Position numbers and translations under genes: made by a program | Part shown: positions 59,026 through 64,000 of the stretch, one piece after another | Layout of the letters: every line of letters begins with the position of its first letter | Position numbering within the stretch: position 1 is the stretch's first letter | Notes under the pieces: generated by a model | The model's database searches: none | Told to the model about the DNA's origin: nothing | Seen by the model: only the letters and a program-made list of their open reading frames with translations | DNA from: Thermoplasmata archaeon | GTDB taxonomy: Archaea; Thermoplasmatota; Thermoplasmata; Thermoplasmatales; GCA-001856825 | Assembly (NCBI GenBank): GCA_021792255.1 | Contig: JAJYUZ010000001.1 | Span: 1 to 64,000 of the forward strand | Length of the DNA: 64,000 nt | Reading direction: 5' to 3'

Positions 59026-60054
59026 GTGAAATCAATAATCATGGCCGGGGGCCTGGGTACCAGGCTAAGGCCAATCACTGACGAGATACCTAAATCGCTA
59101 ATACCGGTAGCGGGTAAACCGGTAGTTTTCTACCTGATGGAATCACTGTCGAGAATCTCGAACGATTTTGTTCTGACAGTGAGCTACAGATATGAAAAAG
59201 TCATAGACCTTTTCTCTGGAAAAGCGGTCAAGGGCAGAAACATCCTCTTTTCAGTGGAAAAAGAGCCTCTCGGGACAGCAGGCGGAATAAAGAAAGTCGA
59301 GAAGTTCGTAGAGGATACGTTCATAGTAGGCAATGCGGATACGATCTTTCAACAGGACGTTCGCGGACTAGTAGATTTTCACAAGAAAAACAAGAATTCA
59401 GTGACACTGGGACTAACTCCGGTTGATGACCCATCGGAATTTGGAGTGGCAAAAGTGATCAATGGGAGGATAGTCAAATTCCAGGAAAAGCCAAAGGTGG
59501 ATCCCATTTCAAATCTTGCCAACGTCGGACTCTACGTAATGGAGCCCGAGGTCTTCGATTACATAGAAAAGGGAAAGCAAGTTGATGTCGCAAAGGACCT
59601 TTTGCCAGCACTGCAAGCAGAAGGCAAGAAAATTGGCGGCTTCAGGATGAAGGGAGTATGGATCGATATAGGTAGACCCAGAGACCTAATCAAAGCGAAC
59701 ATCTTTGTTTCCCCAAAGGCGAAGAACACCTCGAAAGGATCTAGGCTGATAGGTAAAATCTACATGGGAAAGAAAGTGAAAATAGGAAAGAACTGCGTTC
59801 TAGAAAACGTAGCGATCTACGACGGAACTGTAATTGAAGACAACGTGAGCATCAAGAACTCAGTGGTGTACGACAGATCGATCATCGGTAGCGGGAGCCA
59901 CATTTCTGATTCCATACTGTCATTTGGTTCAATTCTCGGTGAAGGCGTCATAATTTCCGATTCTGTGATAGGTGGTGGTCTTCTCCTGCGGAAGGGAGGA
60001 AAGATAGAGGGAACAGTTGTCTCACTTGGTGAAGATAAACCAGGAAATTATTAG
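59026..60054 (+). CDS. NDP-sugar synthase (mannose-1-phosphate guanylyltransferase-like)
   Basis: MAGGLGTRLRPIT...PK, EPLGTAGG, FQEKP, WIDIG, hexapeptide-repeat tail. Confidence 0.88.
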   Translation: MKSIIMAGGLGTRLRPITDEIPKSLIPVAGKPVVFYLMESLSRISNDFVLTVSYRYEKVIDLFSGKAVKGRNILFSVEKEPLGTAGGIKKVEKFVEDTFIVGNADTIFQQDVRGLVDFHKKNKNSVTLGLTPVDDPSEFGVAKVINGRIVKFQEKPKVDPISNLANVGLYVMEPEVFDYIEKGKQVDVAKDLLPALQAEGKKIGGFRMKGVWIDIGRPRDLIKANIFVSPKAKNTSKGSRLIGKIYMGKKVKIGKNCVLENVAIYDGTVIEDNVSIKNSVVYDRSIIGSGSHISDSILSFGSILGEGVIISDSVIGGGLLLRKGGKIEGTVVSLGEDKPGNY

Positions 60055-60417
60055 GACAATCATCAGTAAAGCAAGAATTATCAAAACCTTCCCGCTCAAC
60101 CCTTTACCGAAGATTATCGGAACGGGGCCGATCATCAAGAATCCACCGAATTTTGTATCAGTTTTCAGTCTTGATCTTTCAGTTCCCTTTTCATCAGCTT
60201 CGAATTCTTCATATGAATAGCTTTCCGTCCTTGGTCTCAGAGAACTCAGTAAAGGCAACAAAAAAAATAGAAGTGGGGCTAACGCAAGTGCCGAGGTAGA
60301 AACAAAGACTGGAAAGAAGACAATAAAGTAAACCTGTACGTAACCCAGGTATGCCAGCAATGCTTCGGATCCTATGAACAGAACCAACGAGATAATGAAC
60401 AGAGTTAATGTCCTCAA
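60022..60417 (-). CDS. DUF131 (TIGR00304-type) membrane protein
   Basis: GGFLMIGPVPIIFG motif. Confidence 0.85.
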   Translation of the reverse strand: MRTLTLFIISLVLFIGSEALLAYLGYVQVYFIVFFPVFVSTSALALAPLLFFLLPLLSSLRPRTESYSYEEFEADEKGTERSRLKTDTKFGGFLMIGPVPIIFGKGLSGKVLIILALLMIVLIISWFIFTK

Positions 60418-60502
60418 TTATTCTCTATTTCTAAAACCAATTCCGTTTTAGAACTTTTCCTATTACCTCATTCGGTATTCCAAATATTCACTGGGTGTAT
60501 TT

Positions 60503-61393
60503 TCAGAGGAAACCCGCCTTTTGAAGAACCAGTATATCTTCCGTGGAAAGAGACACTCCGTTCTTGAATTTCTCGTATATCTCCTCGGCTTTTACTTTTG
60601 CCTCGTTCTCTCTCCCCTTTCTCCTTTCCTTGGATTGTCTCTGCTTCATTGCCAGGATCAATTTCTCGTATTCCCTGATCGTGTTGAAGAGCTCATCCAG
60701 TTTCTGATTTTCCTTGAAGAGCTCGGCCTGAACTTGCAGGTACTTTTCGTGGATCTCGTCCGCCTTTCCCTTGGTCTCTATCATTTCTTCATATATCTTG
60801 TTCTGGCCGTCCCTCAGAGTGATTACTTCCTTTATCGTGACCTGGAAATCGTCCTGCGTCTTCTTTATCTCGTCCTTGTTTGTCTTTATGTCTTCATCCA
60901 GTTTCTTGTAGCTTGCATCGGCTAGGGCAACCTTCTCTGACTCTTTCTCATAATCTTTGATTGTCTTGTCCATGCCCCTAATTCGTTTGACGATCTCTTC
61001 TTCTTCTTTCTTATTGTAGACGCCTGTCATTTGTCTCCTTATCAGGTCGTCTTTTTCCTTCTTCATTTTTCTTAGATCTACCTGTTTGCCCTTATCCCTC
61101 AAAATGGAAGAACGGAGAGTTCTCCTCTCGCCTATTTCTTTCCTAAATTCTGAAGTGAGCTTATCCTTCTTAGCCTTGAGATCTGCAGCTTTGTTAGATA
61201 AATCATCCTTAGAACTCTTCATTTCTCTAAGCGATTTTATGAGTTCCTTTACTTTGTTGTTCAGGACGTCTCTTTCGTCGGCATATCTGTCCATCTCTTC
61301 TCGAAGATCGTCCCTTCTTTTTCTGCTTTCATCAAGGTCCTTTTTGATACCCAATCTCTTATTCTCTAATTCCGTAAGCGAATCAATCATCAT
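60503..61393 (-). CDS. Conserved archaeal coiled-coil protein (COG1340-like)
   Basis: RDVLNNKVKE, ADEIHEKY, AEEIYEKFKNGVSLSTEDILVLQK. Confidence 0.85.
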   Translation of the reverse strand: MMIDSLTELENKRLGIKKDLDESRKRRDDLREEMDRYADERDVLNNKVKELIKSLREMKSSKDDLSNKAADLKAKKDKLTSEFRKEIGERRTLRSSILRDKGKQVDLRKMKKEKDDLIRRQMTGVYNKKEEEEIVKRIRGMDKTIKDYEKESEKVALADASYKKLDEDIKTNKDEIKKTQDDFQVTIKEVITLRDGQNKIYEEMIETKGKADEIHEKYLQVQAELFKENQKLDELFNTIREYEKLILAMKQRQSKERRKGRENEAKVKAEEIYEKFKNGVSLSTEDILVLQKAGFL

Positions 61394-61577
61394 AAACCTC
61401 AGGCGAGGCTTATTTATTTCGAAAATTTAACTCTTTTGAGGAAAGTGGTCCTTTTGATGAACAAGGAAGCTAATATAATGGCTGATATCTCAAGACGGTA
61501 AGAAATTGCTGAAAGTCCTCTGGTTGAAGCATCATTTTTTTCTTACATTTTTAATACTAATCCTAACTGAAGGGGCA

Positions 61578-63224
61578 ATGAAGGCTTTTGATACTGGTTT
61601 CATAAAGGACTTGAAGATTAAAAATAGAATCGTAATGGCTCCCATGATCTCCAATTTGGCCAATGCTGACGGTTCAAACAGTGACAACCTGGTAAGATAT
61701 CTGGAAGAAAGAGCGAGAGGAGGCGCTGGCCTGATAATCACTGAATACACTTACGTAGACAATAGAAATGCAAGAGGCTCACGAAACGAGTTAGGGGCGT
61801 ACAGCTCAAGTCTGGTACCCAAGCTTCGGAGAATTCCGGAAGCTGTACACCCTTATGGTGCGAAGGTCTTTATGCAATTAGTCCACGCAGGAGGAAAGGC
61901 ACTAATAAATGAAAATGCCAGACAGCCATTCGCCCCTTCTCCCGTTGATTTTATCGGGCATACTCCTAAAGAGATGAATGAGGAAGACATCGAAGGTGTG
62001 ATAAAGTCCTTCGAAAGAGCGGCAATAGTGGCCAAACTGTCAAAGTTCGATGGCTTAGAGGTACACGGCGCACACGGGTACCTGATCCATCAATTTCTCT
62101 CTCCCACCCTTAATAAAAGAGAAGACAGATATGGTGGAACTTTCGAGAAGAGATTGACGGTTCCTCAAGCGATCGTAGACGCAGTATTAGCTGTCACCGA
62201 TTTTCCCGTTGGGATAAGACTCAGTCTGTACGAGGACGACCCCAACGGCTGGAATGAGGATTATGGATTAAGAATAATTGAGTCCCTGAGAAATCTAGAC
62301 TATGTACATTTCTCAGCTGGCAATTTTCATCCTCCCGGTTCTTCGGCACCTTTTTATTTCCCCGAAACGCACATCCTTCCTCGTTTGAAGAGAAGACCGA
62401 AGATGACCACAATCCTAGTAGGTTCAGTAGTGAATCTTGCCGGGGTAGAGAGAGTTTTGAAATCCGTCGATTTTGTCTCGGTAGGAAGAGGAATGCTTGC
62501 TGATCCCTATTTTGCTTATAAGTTGCAAAACAAGCCAGAGTTGCTAAGGCCTTGCATAAGATGCAACCAGGCATGCCGGGAACTGTCCTACGGAGAGGTT
62601 AGGTGCACCGTCAATGCAAGCGTAGGCCGAGAACAAAATGAAGAAAAAAAATTGAAAGGAGAAATCGAAATTATTGGGGCAGGGATCCAGGGTCTGGAAG
62701 CTTCCCTTTATGCGGCCAAACTGGGTCTAAAAGTGACTATCTACGAAAAGGAAGACAAGATAGGAGGGCAGTTCAACAAGATTTACGATACCTACAAAAA
62801 AAGTGCATTTTCCCCTCTTTTGCGCTATTACGAGAAAGCTCTAACATTCTTCAATGTCTCGATAAACACCGATTCGAAGTACAAAGGCAAAGGAATATAC
62901 TGTCTTCCACCAGTTATTTATCAAGAGCCACCAGAGAGCGGTGAGCAATTTGAAAGCAACATCTACGCGAATCAGGATTGGTTCCTAAGAATTGCGGAGG
63001 AAAAAAAGATAAAGGTCGGAAAAGACAGCCTGAATAATCTGGACAGGGGGAGGAGAATGGGTTATGTCGCTGCAGCAGAAGCGAAAGGGATAGAATTTGT
63101 CGATAGCGGCGAGTACGACTTTAGGCTAATGGTCAACGATCAGTATGACACACTCAGTGCCATCAATTTAGGAATAGGCAAAGTGAAGCAATTCGTCATT
63201 GAGAGAGAAAATGAATTCATTTGA
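61578..63224 (+). CDS. NADH:flavin oxidoreductase (Old Yellow Enzyme family) with short FAD/NAD module
   Basis: KNRIVMAPM, EVHGAHGYLIHQFLSP..NKREDRYGG, CIRCNQAC..CTVN, IIGAG, YEK..IGG. Confidence 0.9.
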   Translation: MKAFDTGFIKDLKIKNRIVMAPMISNLANADGSNSDNLVRYLEERARGGAGLIITEYTYVDNRNARGSRNELGAYSSSLVPKLRRIPEAVHPYGAKVFMQLVHAGGKALINENARQPFAPSPVDFIGHTPKEMNEEDIEGVIKSFERAAIVAKLSKFDGLEVHGAHGYLIHQFLSPTLNKREDRYGGTFEKRLTVPQAIVDAVLAVTDFPVGIRLSLYEDDPNGWNEDYGLRIIESLRNLDYVHFSAGNFHPPGSSAPFYFPETHILPRLKRRPKMTTILVGSVVNLAGVERVLKSVDFVSVGRGMLADPYFAYKLQNKPELLRPCIRCNQACRELSYGEVRCTVNASVGREQNEEKKLKGEIEIIGAGIQGLEASLYAAKLGLKVTIYEKEDKIGGQFNKIYDTYKKSAFSPLLRYYEKALTFFNVSINTDSKYKGKGIYCLPPVIYQEPPESGEQFESNIYANQDWFLRIAEEKKIKVGKDSLNNLDRGRRMGYVAAAEAKGIEFVDSGEYDFRLMVNDQYDTLSAINLGIGKVKQFVIERENEFI

Positions 63225-63299
63225 AGAGAGAGCACAGCACTCAGTTTAATGGGATGATCCTCTAGAAACATATATCGTTTAGATAGACATCAGAAAACT

Positions 63300-63476
63300 A
63301 TGAACCATCGAGTGTGCCCACAATGTGGCTCAGAACACATAGATTTCGAAACTGGTTATATTACAGGAAAATACAGATGTTTGGATTGCGGGTACGTCGG
63401 AAGCGTAATCTTCGAGTTCGATGACACGAATTACGATAGATTTCTGAAACAACTGAGGGGGGAAGAAGATAAGTGA
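63300..63476 (+). CDS. Small zinc-ribbon protein (58 aa)
   Basis: MNHRVCPQCGS...YRCLDCGYVG; two CxxC knuckles; below the ORF-track size cutoff. Confidence 0.8.
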   Translation: MNHRVCPQCGSEHIDFETGYITGKYRCLDCGYVGSVIFEFDDTNYDRFLKQLRGEEDK

Positions 63477-63581
63477 TCTATTTTTTCACGCGAAAAGAAT
63501 CTCAAGGTTACTTCTGAGAGCCCAGAAATCACCTGAAAAGATATTACCGATCAAGCATTAAGAGGACGTTAGTGAGACGGC

Positions 63582-64000
63582 TTGGGCAGAACTGGACCAA
63601 CTGAGAGAGACAAATTGATTGCAATCGGGATAGGTACTGCATTCATGGTCATCGCGCTGATACCGCAGCTCATCACGCAAGAGATACCATCTATCATCGT
63701 GATCATAAAATATGGACTGGTGAAAGTGGTATCGATAATGTCCGGTTTTGAACTCTCAAATCCTATTATCTGGGCTCTTTTTGTGGGAGGAACTGCAGCG
63801 GTCTACCAGGAGACGATGAAATATTTTTCTGTCAACACTCAAGGTAGGTATCTTGCCATATGGATCGGCCTCGGATTCTCTCTGGTGGACATTGCAATAC
63901 TGTTGTTTGAGGGGGGAATCCTACCAATGATGATAATCGGGGTCTCCAAATTTGTTACGACTCTTACAACGACCACCGTAGTGTTAATTGCGCTAAACGC
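63582..64000 (+). CDS. Partial membrane protein, YhfC/PrsW-like intramembrane protease fold
   Basis: Open frame from TTG 63582 to the window end: hydrophobic, with AAVYQETMKYF and IGLGFS motifs. Confidence 0.55.
   Translation, partial: MGRTGPTERDKLIAIGIGTAFMVIALIPQLITQEIPSIIVIIKYGLVKVVSIMSGFELSNPIIWALFVGGTAAVYQETMKYFSVNTQGRYLAIWIGLGFSLVDIAILLFEGGILPMMIIGVSKFVTTLTTTTVVLIALN

Noticed and set aside
60503-61393. Phosphoserine phosphatase label often attached to this family
   Set aside because: No HAD DxD motif; the protein is purely coiled coil.

Overview
Archaeal chromosome segment, most likely from Thermoplasmata (Thermoplasmatales-like). This rests on the archaeal-type SAM synthetase, RPA with its partner protein, CDC48/VAT, FtsZ, SMC-ScpA, eL41, an intron-containing tRNA-Trp, and many TATA-proximal leaderless or TTG/GTG starts. 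Left accessory block (1-14.8 kb): partial Fic-like ORF, AbiE-type type IV toxin-antitoxin pair, ilvBHCD, a peptide ABC transporter, an OSBS/N-acylamino acid racemase and a hydantoinase remnant. Core block: M1 peptidase, a nine-gene heme cluster, a radical SAM-GT4-flippase-DUF2070 operon, topA, smc-scpA, rimI, mat, purH, rpa and metabolic genes. A small AT-rich variable block (about 49.6-54.7 kb) lies beside tRNA-Trp, followed by rpl41e, a PRC-barrel gene, cdc48, ftsZ and housekeeping genes. Best candidates for novelty: (i) a heme route with HemE, ferrochelatase, an AhbD-like radical SAM enzyme and a HemJ/CopD-like membrane protein but no hemY/hemQ/hemN in the cluster; (ii) the radical SAM-GT4-flippase glycolipid operon; (iii) dispersed degenerate 18-bp-period GTGC repeat arrays; (iv) an Ile/Thr-rich uORF overlapping the ilvB start. 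All calls come from reading motifs by eye; no searches were run.
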